Positions 48,402 to 57,118 are shown, numbered from the stretch's first letter. The stretch is 64,000 nucleotides of DNA from Gaiellaceae bacterium (GCA_035776735.1 DASSSO010000033.1:582-64581), one strand, 5' to 3'. The notes: generated from the sequence alone by a model not told the origin. Made by a program: numbers and translations.

Positions 48402-48478
48402 GGAAACCTCCGATTTTCTCAGTCGCTCTCAATCGAGAGAGGATCGTAACAACGGGCCTTGACGGCGCCCTTCGCGGC

Positions 48479-49438
48479 TCAGAGCTCCGACGGAACCGGC
48501 TCGAGCCTCTCCACCTCCACGCCCCCGGCGAGGCGGGTCAGCTCCCTCGGCTCGAAGCGCCCGGCGCCGACCTCCTGCACGGCTGCGGCTCCGGCCGCCA
48601 CTGCTCGGCGGAGCGCCTCCTCGGGCGGATTCTCGTCCAGCCGCGCGGCGATGTAGCCGGCGAGCAGCACGTCGCCCGAGCCGGCCGGGGAGACGGCGGC
48701 CACCTGCGGGACGGCGGCGTGGAAGCGCTCCGCCTCCCGGTCCTCGCGGAACAGCGCGTAGCACCCGGAGGTGAGCGTGATCAGCACGTTCCTGGCGCCG
48801 AGGCCGGAGATGTGCTCGAGCGCCTGAACGAAGTCCTGCGGATCGTGGAACTCCTGGCCGACGAGGCCCTCGGCCTCGCGCTCGTTCGGCGTGACGAGGA
48901 ACGGCTCCGCCTCGGTTCCGAGCCGGAGCGGCTGCCCCTCGGCGTCCAGGACGGCCCGGACCCCGCGCCGGTCGAGCTCGCGGATCGCCTCGGCGTAGAA
49001 GCCCTCGTCCACGCCCCGCGGCAGCGTGCCGGCGAAGATGACCATGTCCGCGCCGCGCGAGAGGTAGCGGAGCTTCTCCAGCAGCAGCTCGAGCTCCTCG
49101 GCCTCCACGTGCGGCCCCCACTCGTTGATCTCCGTGTAGGTCCCACCCGTGGGGTCGACGACCGCCGTGGACGTCCGGGACTCGTCGGCGATCCGGACGA
49201 AGTCGTTGAGGATCCCCTCGCGCGTCAGCTCGCTGACGACCCGGGCGCCGGTGCGGCCCCCCGCGAGGCCGGTCGCGACGACCGGGACGTCCATCCGCTT
49301 GAGCGCGCGGGCGATGTTCACGCCCTTGCCGCCGGCGAGCGTGAGGCCGGCGCTGGCGCGGTGACGCTGCCCCGGCTGGAAGTTCGGCACGGTCAGCGTC
49401 CGGTCGAGGGCTGCGTTCATCGTGACCGTGACGATCAC
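48479..49438 (-). CDS. pfkB: PfkB-family sugar-phosphate kinase (1-phosphofructokinase/tagatose-6-P kinase-like)
   Basis: VTMNAALDRT, GGKGVN and SPAGSGD. The GTG overlaps the upstream TGA (GTGA). Confidence 0.8.
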   Translation of the reverse strand: MIVTVTMNAALDRTLTVPNFQPGQRHRASAGLTLAGGKGVNIARALKRMDVPVVATGLAGGRTGARVVSELTREGILNDFVRIADESRTSTAVVDPTGGTYTEINEWGPHVEAEELELLLEKLRYLSRGADMVIFAGTLPRGVDEGFYAEAIRELDRRGVRAVLDAEGQPLRLGTEAEPFLVTPNEREAEGLVGQEFHDPQDFVQALEHISGLGARNVLITLTSGCYALFREDREAERFHAAVPQVAAVSPAGSGDVLLAGYIAARLDENPPEEALRRAVAAGAAAVQEVGAGRFEPRELTRLAGGVEVERLEPVPSEL

Positions 49439-50559
49439 GAGAACCACCCCGTGATGTGGTCGACGGTTCTGCCCGCGTACCAGCCGGTGCGGTCCAGGAC
49501 GCCGGGGTCGTCGCGCGCCTCGGCGGCGACGAGCGGCGCGCGACCGAGGAGCCGCTTGCGGTCGAGCACCCGCAGCTCGCCGACGACCTGTCCCTTTCGC
49601 ACCGGGAGGTCGAGGCGGCTCGGGAGGACGACCCGCTCGACGAGCGGGCGGCCGATCCGGACGGGCCGTGCGAGGGGACGCGCGGCGACGACGGGGACCG
49701 GCTCGAGGCCCCAGTCGACGGGAATCCTGTCGTACACGCGCGCCGGCGGGGCGAGCGGGACGTACGCGTAACGGGACATGCCCCAGGCGAGGAGCTCCTC
49801 GAGGTCCGCGTTCCGGACGCCGCGCGACCGGCTCCCCAGGATCGTCGCGTAGATGGTGACGTGGTTGCCGCGGGCGGCCGCGACCTGGCTCCAGCCGGCG
49901 CCGGACGTGTGGCCCGTCTTCACGCCGATGACCCCGGGGAACTCGCCGAGCAGGTCGTTCCACGTGTGAAGCGTGCGGCCGCCGGAAATCGCGGCCGACT
50001 CCTGCCGGACGAGCTTCCGGATCTCTGGGTGCTTCATCGCCTCGAGGGCGAGGCGGGTGACGTCCCACGCGGAGGAGTAGTGGCCCGCGGTGTCGAGGCC
50101 GTCAGGGCGCGCGAACTGGGTCTCCCGCAGCCCGAGCGCCGCCGCCTGCTGGTTCATGAGCGCGACGAACGGACCGCTCTGCCCGCCGCCGACGTGCTCG
50201 GCGATCGCGACCGCGCTGTCGTTCGCGCTCTGGATCAGCGCGGCGGCGATCAGGTCGCGAAGCGGGATCCGCTCGCCCGCGCGGAGCCGGATCGTCGAGC
50301 CGGTGACGCCGACCGCGTCCCGGTCGACCGAGACCATCGTCCCCGGCTTCGCGCGCTCCAGCGCGACGAGTACCGTCATCAGCTTCGTGATGCTCGCGAT
50401 CGGCAGGCGATCGTGCGCGCGGCGCGCGAGCAGCACCTCACCGGTCTGGCCCTCCTGGACGAGGTAGGCGCGAGCGTCGACCTCCGGGGTCGCAGCGGCG
50501 GCCGGTGCAGACCAGGCAAGTACGGCCAAGAGGGCGGCGAGCCGCTTCACCGGGCGCAA
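49435..50559 (-). CDS. D-alanyl-D-alanine carboxypeptidase (S11, PBP5/6-like)
   Basis: Signal peptide, ASITKLMT (SxxK), SAND (SxN-like), KTGHT. Confidence 0.85.
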   Translation of the reverse strand: MRPVKRLAALLAVLAWSAPAAAATPEVDARAYLVQEGQTGEVLLARRAHDRLPIASITKLMTVLVALERAKPGTMVSVDRDAVGVTGSTIRLRAGERIPLRDLIAAALIQSANDSAVAIAEHVGGGQSGPFVALMNQQAAALGLRETQFARPDGLDTAGHYSSAWDVTRLALEAMKHPEIRKLVRQESAAISGGRTLHTWNDLLGEFPGVIGVKTGHTSGAGWSQVAAARGNHVTIYATILGSRSRGVRNADLEELLAWGMSRYAYVPLAPPARVYDRIPVDWGLEPVPVVAARPLARPVRIGRPLVERVVLPSRLDLPVRKGQVVGELRVLDRKRLLGRAPLVAAEARDDPGVLDRTGWYAGRTVDHITGWFS

Positions 50560-50562
50560 ACG

Positions 50563-50886
50563 TTAGTCGACGCGGATCGGCTGGCCCACGCGCAGGGCCG
50601 TCGGGTCGACGCCCGGGTTGAGCTCCATCAGGCGGTCGACCGTCGTGCCGAACTTCTCCGCGATCGAGGCGAGCGTGTCGCCGCTGCGGACCGAGTACCC
50701 CGTCGCCCGGACGCTCTTCGTCCGGGGCCGCTCGCGCGGCTCCTCGGCCACCGAGGCCGCAGGCGCTGGCCGCGCCGCCTCGCCGCCGTGGAGCGCCGGG
50801 CGCACGAGGAGCACCAGCACCGTCACCGCCAGGAGCGCGAGCGCCGGGAAGCCGTAGCGGACGAACCACCAGGGGATCGTCACCAT
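50563..50886 (-). CDS. membrane-anchored LysM-domain protein
   Basis: TM anchor, then YSVRSGDTLASIAEKFGTTVDRLMELN......L.VGQ.I. The start overlaps the pyrF stop (ATGGTGA). Confidence 0.75.
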   Translation of the reverse strand: MVTIPWWFVRYGFPALALLAVTVLVLLVRPALHGGEAARPAPAASVAEEPRERPRTKSVRATGYSVRSGDTLASIAEKFGTTVDRLMELNPGVDPTALRVGQPIRVD

Positions 50887-51791
50887 CCGGCCACCGCCCA
50901 GACCTCGCTCCGCAGCTGGGCGGCGGCGGCCGCCGCCGCCGACCGCCAGTCGTCCTCCCCGTGCCGGTACGCGTAGATCACGGACCGGGCGGCGGCCACG
51001 AGCGCGCTCGCGGGCCCGCTCGTGAAGGCGCGCGCGACGTCGGCGGGGGTCGCGCCCTGGGCGCCCAGCCCGGGAAGCAGCAGCACCGACCGCGGCAGCA
51101 GGCGGCGGGCCTCGCCGACGGCGCGCGGGTGGGTGGCGCCGATCACGGCCCCGACGCTCGACAGGCCGCGCTCGCCGACGACGTCCTCTCCCCACTCCGC
51201 GACGAGGGTCGCGACGTGCTGCCAGAGCGGCCGGCCGTCCGAGAGCGTCAGATCCTGGACGTCGGCCCCGCCCGGATTCGAGGTCCGGACGACGCAGAAG
51301 ATCCCGCGGCCGTGGCGGCGGCACGCCGCGAGGTACGGGTCGACGGAGTCGCGGCCAAGGTACGGGTTGACGGTGAGCGCGTCGGCGACGGGCTGCCCGC
51401 CCTCGTCCCGCGGCTCGAGGTACGCGGCCGCGTACGCCCGGGCGGTCGAGCCGATGTCGCCCCGCTTCCCGTCGGCGAGCACGATCAGTCCCGCCGCGCG
51501 CGCGTAGTCGCAGACCTCCTCGAAGGCGGCGAGCCCCGGGGCGCCGAGCGTCTCGAAGAAGGCGAGCTGCGGCTTGACGCCCACGACGTACGGCGCGACC
51601 GCGTCGACGATCCCGCGGCAGAAGCGGGCGGAGGCGTCGGCCGGCGGCTCCCCGCGCAGCTCGACCGGGAAGAGCTCGGGCCTCGGGTCGAGGCCGACGA
51701 GCACCTGCGACCGCTTCCGGTCCACGGCGTCGGCGATCCGGTCGCCGAAGGTCATTCCGCCGACCTGTACCGGCGTCTCGACATCGGACAT
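50880..51791 (-). CDS. pyrF: orotidine 5'-phosphate decarboxylase (long, type 2)
   Basis: LVGLDP, VKPQLAFFE, ADGKRGDIG.T and TVNPYLG. Confidence 0.9.
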   Translation of the reverse strand: MSDVETPVQVGGMTFGDRIADAVDRKRSQVLVGLDPRPELFPVELRGEPPADASARFCRGIVDAVAPYVVGVKPQLAFFETLGAPGLAAFEEVCDYARAAGLIVLADGKRGDIGSTARAYAAAYLEPRDEGGQPVADALTVNPYLGRDSVDPYLAACRRHGRGIFCVVRTSNPGGADVQDLTLSDGRPLWQHVATLVAEWGEDVVGERGLSSVGAVIGATHPRAVGEARRLLPRSVLLLPGLGAQGATPADVARAFTSGPASALVAAARSVIYAYRHGEDDWRSAAAAAAAQLRSEVWAVAGW

Positions 51792-51825
51792 CTGCGGATG
51801 AGCGTACTGGCGGCCCCAGACGCGG

Positions 51826-51851
51826 AGCGGGGGCCGGTTTCGGCCCCCGCT
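51826..51851 (-). terminator. 11-bp GC hairpin downstream of hup
   Basis: agcgggggccg-gttt-cggcccccgct (plus-strand reading). Weak U-tract. Confidence 0.5.
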
Positions 51852-51875
51852 GAGACTTCGCGCTCGAAGCGCTCG

Positions 51876-52160
51876 CTACATCGAGCTCTTGACGGCGGCC
51901 TTCAGCTGGCTCCCCGCCGAGAACTTCGGCACCTTCGAGGCGGGGATGTGCACGCGCTCGCTCGGGTTCCGGGGGTTCACGCCCTGCCGTGCCGCGCGGT
52001 TCTGCACCGAGAACTTGCCGAATCCTGTGAAGCTCACTTCCTCGCCGTTCCGGAGTGCGTCGCTGATCGAGCCGAGAAACGCGTCGACTGCCTCGGCCGC
52101 CTCGCGTCGATTCAGGCCGCTCTTCTGCGCGACGCGATCCACGAATTCCTGCTTGGTCAA
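51876..52160 (-). CDS. hup: HU-family nucleoid-associated DNA-binding protein
   Basis: TTG start 7 nt after GGGAGGAG. LTKQEFVDRVA, V.F.GFGKF....RAAR.GVNPR....V.IPA and VPKF.AG..LK. Confidence 0.9.
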   Translation of the reverse strand: MTKQEFVDRVAQKSGLNRREAAEAVDAFLGSISDALRNGEEVSFTGFGKFSVQNRAARQGVNPRNPSERVHIPASKVPKFSAGSQLKAAVKSSM

Positions 52161-52194
52161 AAGAATCTCCTCCCTCGACGTCAGTGCCTGTGGG

Positions 52195-52223
52195 ACCCTA
52201 ACAGCGATCCCATTTCCGCTCAA
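52195..52223 (-). promoter_or_regulatory. candidate sigma-70-type promoter of hup (TTGAGC-N17-TAGGGT)
   Basis: -35 at 52218-52223 and -10 at 52195-52200 on the minus strand, with a 17-nt spacer. It lies about 35 nt upstream of the TTG start. Assigned by pattern match only. Confidence 0.4.
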
Positions 52224-52244
52224 CCATGCGGTTGCGGCGGTCTT

Positions 52245-52775
52245 CTACCCCGGAAGCAGCTCTCCTGCCCGAAAAAGCGGCCTGAGGCGCACGCCGTGCC
52301 GCGCGAGCTCGTCGCTTCCACCCTCCTCGCGGTCGACCACGCAGACGGCCGTCCGGCACTCGAGACCCGCCTCGCGGAGCGCCTGCACGGCGGCCAGAGC
52401 GGCACCTCCCGAGGTGATCACGTCCTCCACGAGGCACACTCGCTCGCCCGGCTCGAAGGCCCCTTCGATGCGGTTCGAGGTGCCGTAGTCCTTCGTCTCC
52501 TTGCGGACGATGAGGAAGGGAAGGCGCGAGACGAGCGACGAGGCGGCGGCGAGAGCGACGGCGCCGAGCTCCGGCCCCGCCAGCCGTGTCGCGCCCGGCT
52601 CGTGCTTCCCGACGACAGCTGCGACCCGGATGCCGATCGCCTCCAGGAGCTCGGGACGGGTCTCGAAGCGGTACTTGTCGAAGTAGCGCGTCGAACGGCG
52701 CCCCGAGCGCAGGACGAAGTCGCCCTCGAGCAGCGCGTGCTCGCGCAGCGCAGACCGCAGCTCGTCGTCGGTCAC
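52245..52775 (-). CDS. pyrE: orotate phosphoribosyltransferase
   Basis: GDF.L.SG..S.YY.D, and the PRPP loop VCLVEDVITSGG. Confidence 0.9.
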   Translation of the reverse strand: MTDDELRSALREHALLEGDFVLRSGRRSTRYFDKYRFETRPELLEAIGIRVAAVVGKHEPGATRLAGPELGAVALAAASSLVSRLPFLIVRKETKDYGTSNRIEGAFEPGERVCLVEDVITSGGAALAAVQALREAGLECRTAVCVVDREEGGSDELARHGVRLRPLFRAGELLPG

Positions 52776-52960
52776 GCGAGGACCTCGAGCAGCTCTCGGG
52801 CGTCGTTCAGCAGGTCGTCCGCCTCCACCCCGCGCTCGAGGCGGATCAGCGCGCCGTCCTCGTAGGTCACGTCGACGTACTCCTTCGGTCGCATCGTGCG
52901 GCGCCAGAGCAGGATGCCCACCAGGATCGCGAGCGGAATCGTGACCCTACGAGGCGGCAC
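52772..52960 (-). CDS. hypothetical 62-aa protein with an N-terminal TM segment
   Basis: IPLAILVGILLW followed by an acidic tail. The stop overlaps the pyrE GTG (GTGA). Confidence 0.4.
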   Translation of the reverse strand: MPPRRVTIPLAILVGILLWRRTMRPKEYVDVTYEDGALIRLERGVEADDLLNDARELLEVLA

Positions 52961-53306
52961 GCGCCTTCTGCCTCCTGCGGCCCAGCTTCCGCAGCGTCGC
53001 GCGAAGGTCGTGATAGACGAGACCGGCCACGGGGTCCCGGCCCGTGGCCGCGACGACTGCTCCCGCTTCAGCGCGAACGACGAACACGCTGCCCTCGGCG
53101 GTGACGGCCTGGATCCGCGTGGCCTCCGGGCCGGTGCGCAGGGCGTCCGCGTACGCGAGCGTCGCGAGTGCGATCTCGGCGACCCGGTGGGCGTCCTCGT
53201 CGCTCACGCCGGCTGCGACGGGCCGCCCCTCCGCGTCGAGGATCACCGCGGCGACGACGTCCTCGGAGACGTCCAGCAGCTCCGCTAGGGCCTGATCTCC
53301 GGTCAC
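52947..53306 (-). CDS. Roadblock/LC7 (MglB-like) domain protein
   Basis: LAELLDVSEDVVAAVILDAEGRPVA and later SVFVVRAEAGAVVAATGRD fit the Robl/LC7 alpha-beta-alpha pattern. Moderate confidence from memory of the family. Confidence 0.55.
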   Translation of the reverse strand: MTGDQALAELLDVSEDVVAAVILDAEGRPVAAGVSDEDAHRVAEIALATLAYADALRTGPEATRIQAVTAEGSVFVVRAEAGAVVAATGRDPVAGLVYHDLRATLRKLGRRRQKARAAS

Positions 53307-53326
53307 GGCGAGAACATACTGGCGCG

Positions 53327-54148
53327 ATGCACGAGCCGCTCCGGAAGTTCTTCGCCGACCGCGGCCCGCACCTGGCCGCGATGATCGCCTACTTCGCGCT
53401 GCTCTCGCTCGTGCCGCTCGTCTTCCTGGCGCTCGCCCTGCTGGGCCTGTTCGGGCGCGTCGACGAGTCCACCTACCTCGTCACCGAGCTGAACAAGATC
53501 CTCCCGTCCGCGTCGATCTCCCAGATCGTGCGCGTCGTCAACCAGATCCAGGACAACGCGGCGACGCTGGGGGTGATCGGCGGGGTCTTCCTGCTCTGGA
53601 CCTCGCTCTCGCTCTTCAGCGTGCTCGAGTCGGCCTTCAACATCGTCTACGGCCGCCCGAACCGTTCCTTCCTCCACGGCAAGGGGATCGCCGTCGCCGT
53701 GATGCTCGGGACGCTCGTCACGCTCTTCGCGGGCCTCGTGATCGGCACCGTCGGCTACGCGCTGCTCGAGGACGCGGCACCCGGCGTGATCGAGAACCAG
53801 TGGGTCGCGTACGTCCTCTCGCTCGCCCTCTCGACCGGGGCGGTCTTCGTCTTCCTCGTCTCGACCTACTACCTGCTGACGAACGAGGACCTGGGCATCC
53901 GCGACGTCCTGCCCGGCGCGATCCTCGCCAGCATCCTGCTCCAGGTCAGCTTCCAGGTGCTGCCGCTCTACGTGGCGCTCTCGCAGCGTGACGAGGTCCT
54001 GACGCTCCGCGCGCTCGGCGCGCCCGTGATCCTGCTGATCTGGCTCTACGTGATGGCGAACGCGATCGTCCTCGGCGCCGAGGTCAACTGGTGGCGCTCC
54101 CGCGGCCGGCTCGCCGAGGATCGCGACGCGATCCCCGGCTTGGCCTAG
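53327..54148 (+). CDS. YihY/BrkB-family membrane protein
   Basis: AAMIAYFALLSLVPLVF, and later LLIWLY..A.I.L.GAE.N. Six TM segments. Confidence 0.85.
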   Translation: MHEPLRKFFADRGPHLAAMIAYFALLSLVPLVFLALALLGLFGRVDESTYLVTELNKILPSASISQIVRVVNQIQDNAATLGVIGGVFLLWTSLSLFSVLESAFNIVYGRPNRSFLHGKGIAVAVMLGTLVTLFAGLVIGTVGYALLEDAAPGVIENQWVAYVLSLALSTGAVFVFLVSTYYLLTNEDLGIRDVLPGAILASILLQVSFQVLPLYVALSQRDEVLTLRALGAPVILLIWLYVMANAIVLGAEVNWWRSRGRLAEDRDAIPGLA

Positions 54149-54708
54149 GCGAACGCAGCGAGGAGCGCTCTCGCGGCTCGGGCCCGGTGCGAGTTCCCGG
54201 CCTTCCACTCGTTGCCGAGCTCCGCCACGGTTCGCTCCTCGCCTTCCGGCACGAAGACCGGGTCGAACCCGAAGCCCCCGGAGCCGCGCGGCTCGTGCGC
54301 GATCCGGCCCTCGAGGATGCCCGTGCCGCGCCGCTCCTCGCCCGCCGGTGAGAGCGCCACGAGCTCGCAGACGTAGCGCGCCCGGCGGCCGCCGCCCTCC
54401 ACGCCCTCGAGCTCGGCGAGCAGCCTGTCGACGTGCAGGCCGCCGGCGAAGCGGGCGGACTTGATCCCCGGTGCGCCGTCGAGGCCCTCCACCTCCAGCC
54501 CCGAGTCCTCGCCGAGCACCCAGGCGGCGGGCTCGACTGTGCGCCCGTAGACGGCCTTCGCGCGGGCGTTGTCGTAGTAGGTCTCGCCGGTCTCCGGTGG
54601 GTAGTCGTCCACCTCGAGCGGCTCGATCCGCCAGCCGGGAAGCGCGGCGCGGAGCTCCCGCAGCTTGCCGGGGTTCTCGGAGGCGAGACGGGCGGCTACG
54701 GGTTCCAG
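54145..54708 (-). CDS. rdgB: non-canonical purine NTP pyrophosphatase (RdgB/HAM1); start codon unresolved
   Basis: LASENPGKLRE, GEDSGLEV..L.G.PG..SAR, GFGFDP.F and N..SHR..A. There is no ATG/GTG/TTG near the conserved N-terminus. Candidates are CTG 54708, or GTA 54699 which overlaps the mgtC TAG. Confidence 0.8.
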   Translation of the reverse strand: MEPVAARLASENPGKLRELRAALPGWRIEPLEVDDYPPETGETYYDNARAKAVYGRTVEPAAWVLGEDSGLEVEGLDGAPGIKSARFAGGLHVDRLLAELEGVEGGGRRARYVCELVALSPAGEERRGTGILEGRIAHEPRGSGGFGFDPVFVPEGEERTVAELGNEWKAGNSHRARAARALLAAFA

Positions 54709-55379
54709 CGGGCCGCCCGGACCGCATCGGCGTGCGTGAGCGCGTCGATCAGCTCGGCGGCCGTTCGCTCCGTCCCGAGCCGCACGCGCAGGTCGACGCG
54801 GCGGCGGTCGCCTTCCTCCGCGAACTCGAGCGAGCTGACGTCGGCGCCCGTCCGCTCCACCGCCTCCAGCACCGACACCGCGCTCGCACCTGCAGGCAGC
54901 TCCACCGCCAGGCGACCCTCCTCGGGCCGGGTGCGCGCCGACAGTCGGTAGGCGACGATCCGCAGGGGCCAGAGGAAGAGGAGCACGAGCGCCGTCGTGA
55001 CGAACGCCGCCTCGTAGTATCCGACCCCGGCGGCCATCCCGATCGCAGCCACCACCCACAGCGTCGCGGCCGTGGTCAGCCCCTTGACGGAGAGCCCCTG
55101 CCGGATGATCGCGCCGGCTCCGAGGAAGCCGATGCCGGTCACGATCTGCGCGGCAATGCGGGTCGGGTCGAAGACGAGCCCCTCCTCGGTGGAGAAGCGC
55201 CAGTCCGTCCACGCATAGGCGGAGACCATCGTGAAGAGCGCCGCACCGACGGACACGAGCATGTGCGTTCGCAGCCCCGCCTCGCGCTCCCGCAGCTCGC
55301 GCTCCAGGCCGATCGCCCCGCCGAGCGCAGCCGCGAGCCCGATGCGGAGGATGACCTCGGCCCAGGAGAGGTCAGGCAA
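54696..55379 (-). CDS. mgtC: MgtC/SapB-family membrane protein
   Basis: LAAALGGAIGLERE...R.AGLRTHMLV..GAALF, and GIGFLGAGAI. Confidence 0.85.
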   Translation of the reverse strand: MPDLSWAEVILRIGLAAALGGAIGLERELREREAGLRTHMLVSVGAALFTMVSAYAWTDWRFSTEEGLVFDPTRIAAQIVTGIGFLGAGAIIRQGLSVKGLTTAATLWVVAAIGMAAGVGYYEAAFVTTALVLLFLWPLRIVAYRLSARTRPEEGRLAVELPAGASAVSVLEAVERTGADVSSLEFAEEGDRRRVDLRVRLGTERTAAELIDALTHADAVRAARWNP

Positions 55380-56082
55380 GGACGGCCTCCACGGCGCGCT
55401 GCTGGGCCTGGCCGATCTCCTCGATACCCGCGGCCGCGAGGTCGAGCAGCTCGTCGAGCTGCTCGCGCGTGTAGCGCTCGCCCTCGGCGGTCGCCTGCAC
55501 TTCGATCAGGCGCCCGTCGCCGCTCATGACCACGTTCAGGTCGACCTCGGCGCGCGAGTCCTCCGAGTAGTCGAGGTCGAGCAGCGGCTCGCCGTCGACG
55601 ATCCCGAGCGAGACGCCGGCGACCGAGTCGGTGAGAGCCTTGCCGAGCCCGAAGCGGTCGAGCGCCCGCCTCGTGGCGACGTACGCGCCCGAGATCGCCG
55701 CGCAGCGCGTCCCACCGTCCGCCTGGAGCACGTCGCAGTCGATCCAGAGTGTCCGCTCGCCGAAAGCCTCGAGGTCGGTGACGGCGCGCAGCGAGCGGCC
55801 GATCAGCCGCTGGATCTCGACGGTGCGACCCTTCTGGCGCCCGGTGCTCGCCTCCCGCTGCGTCCGCTCGCCCGTGGACGCCGGCAGCAGGCCGTACTCG
55901 GCGGTCATCCAGCCCCGGCCCTTGCCCATCAGCCAGCGCGGGACGCCCTCCGTGATCGACGCCGTGCAGAGCACGCGCGTCTTCCCGGCGGAGATCAACG
56001 CCGAGCCCGCCGGTTGCTCCAGGTAGTCGACCTCGATCTCGAGCGGCCGCAACTCGTCATGCCTGCGACCGTCCGCCCTCAC
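55372..56082 (-). CDS. rph: ribonuclease PH
   Basis: RADGR...ELRP, GS.L...G.T.VLCTAS, GWMTAEY.MLP..T..R and D.DVLQADGGTR.A.I.GA. Confidence 0.95.
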   Translation of the reverse strand: MRADGRRHDELRPLEIEVDYLEQPAGSALISAGKTRVLCTASITEGVPRWLMGKGRGWMTAEYGLLPASTGERTQREASTGRQKGRTVEIQRLIGRSLRAVTDLEAFGERTLWIDCDVLQADGGTRCAAISGAYVATRRALDRFGLGKALTDSVAGVSLGIVDGEPLLDLDYSEDSRAEVDLNVVMSGDGRLIEVQATAEGERYTREQLDELLDLAAAGIEEIGQAQQRAVEAVLA

Positions 56083-56251
56083 GCCCCCGGCCTCCTCCGG
56101 CTCCCGCCCGGCGAAGCCGGGCTCCGCCGGAGGCTGACGGCGCCGGCGGCAGGATGCGGCGCCCGCGTCGCTTGTCCGTGCTGAGAAGCACCGTCCTGCG
56201 CGACGCGGGCTTGCCTCCTTTGCCAGCCCCGCCCCGGGAACGTGAGGAACC

Positions 56252-57073
56252 TCATGCCGCCGCGGCCTCCAGCTCGGCGATCTCGATGTGCACGACGCCT
56301 TCGAGCGGCAGCTGGAGGAAGCGCTGGCCGAGCTCGGCGAAGCGCTCGATGTCGCCCGTCGTCAGGAACCGGTAGCCGCCCTCGCGGCGCGGGTCGTTCT
56401 CGATCCCCTTCCGGCTCAGCGTCTCGGCCACCTCGCGCGCGGTCTCCTCGGCCGAGAAGACGAGCCTGACGTCGCGGCCGAAGACCCGCTGGAAGATCGG
56501 CCGGATCAACGGGTAGTGCGTGCAGCCGAGAATCACGGTGTCCACCTCCGCGTCCTTCAGCGGCTGCGCGTACTCGCGCACTGCGGCCGTCGTCTCGGCG
56601 CCGAACGGCTCGTCGCCCTCGATCAGCGGCACGAGCTCCGGGCACGCGACCGGGAAGAGCCGCGTGCCGGCGTCGAGCGTGTGGACGAGCTCGGCGTAGC
56701 GGCCGGCGGCCACCGTCGCCTCGGTCGCCATCAGCCCGATGCGGCGGTTGCGGGTCACCTGGACGGCGGCGTGCGCTTCGGGGGTGATCACGCCGACCAC
56801 CGGCACCGAGATCCGCTCCTGGAGATCGGGCAGAGCGGCGGAGGTGGCCGAGTTGCAGGCGACGAGGATCAGCTTCATGCCCTGCGCCTCGAGGTAGCCG
56901 GCGATCTCGAGCGAGAAGCGGCGGACCTCGTCCAGCGGCCGGGGCCCGTAGGGCAGGCGTGCGCCGTCGCCGAGGTAGACGAAGTCCTCGTGCGGCATGG
57001 TGACCAGGCATTCGTGCAGAACGGTCAGCCCGCCCATGCCCGAGTCGAACACACCGATCGGGCGGGAATTCAT
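56252..57073 (-). CDS. murI: glutamate racemase
   Basis: IGVFDSGMGGLTV, VACNSATS and LGCTHYP. Confidence 0.95.
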   Translation of the reverse strand: MNSRPIGVFDSGMGGLTVLHECLVTMPHEDFVYLGDGARLPYGPRPLDEVRRFSLEIAGYLEAQGMKLILVACNSATSAALPDLQERISVPVVGVITPEAHAAVQVTRNRRIGLMATEATVAAGRYAELVHTLDAGTRLFPVACPELVPLIEGDEPFGAETTAAVREYAQPLKDAEVDTVILGCTHYPLIRPIFQRVFGRDVRLVFSAEETAREVAETLSRKGIENDPRREGGYRFLTTGDIERFAELGQRFLQLPLEGVVHIEIAELEAAAA

Positions 57074-57118
57074 TCGGCGATTGTAAGGAGCCGAGGGCTT
57101 GATCTACCCTCTTTCGCC

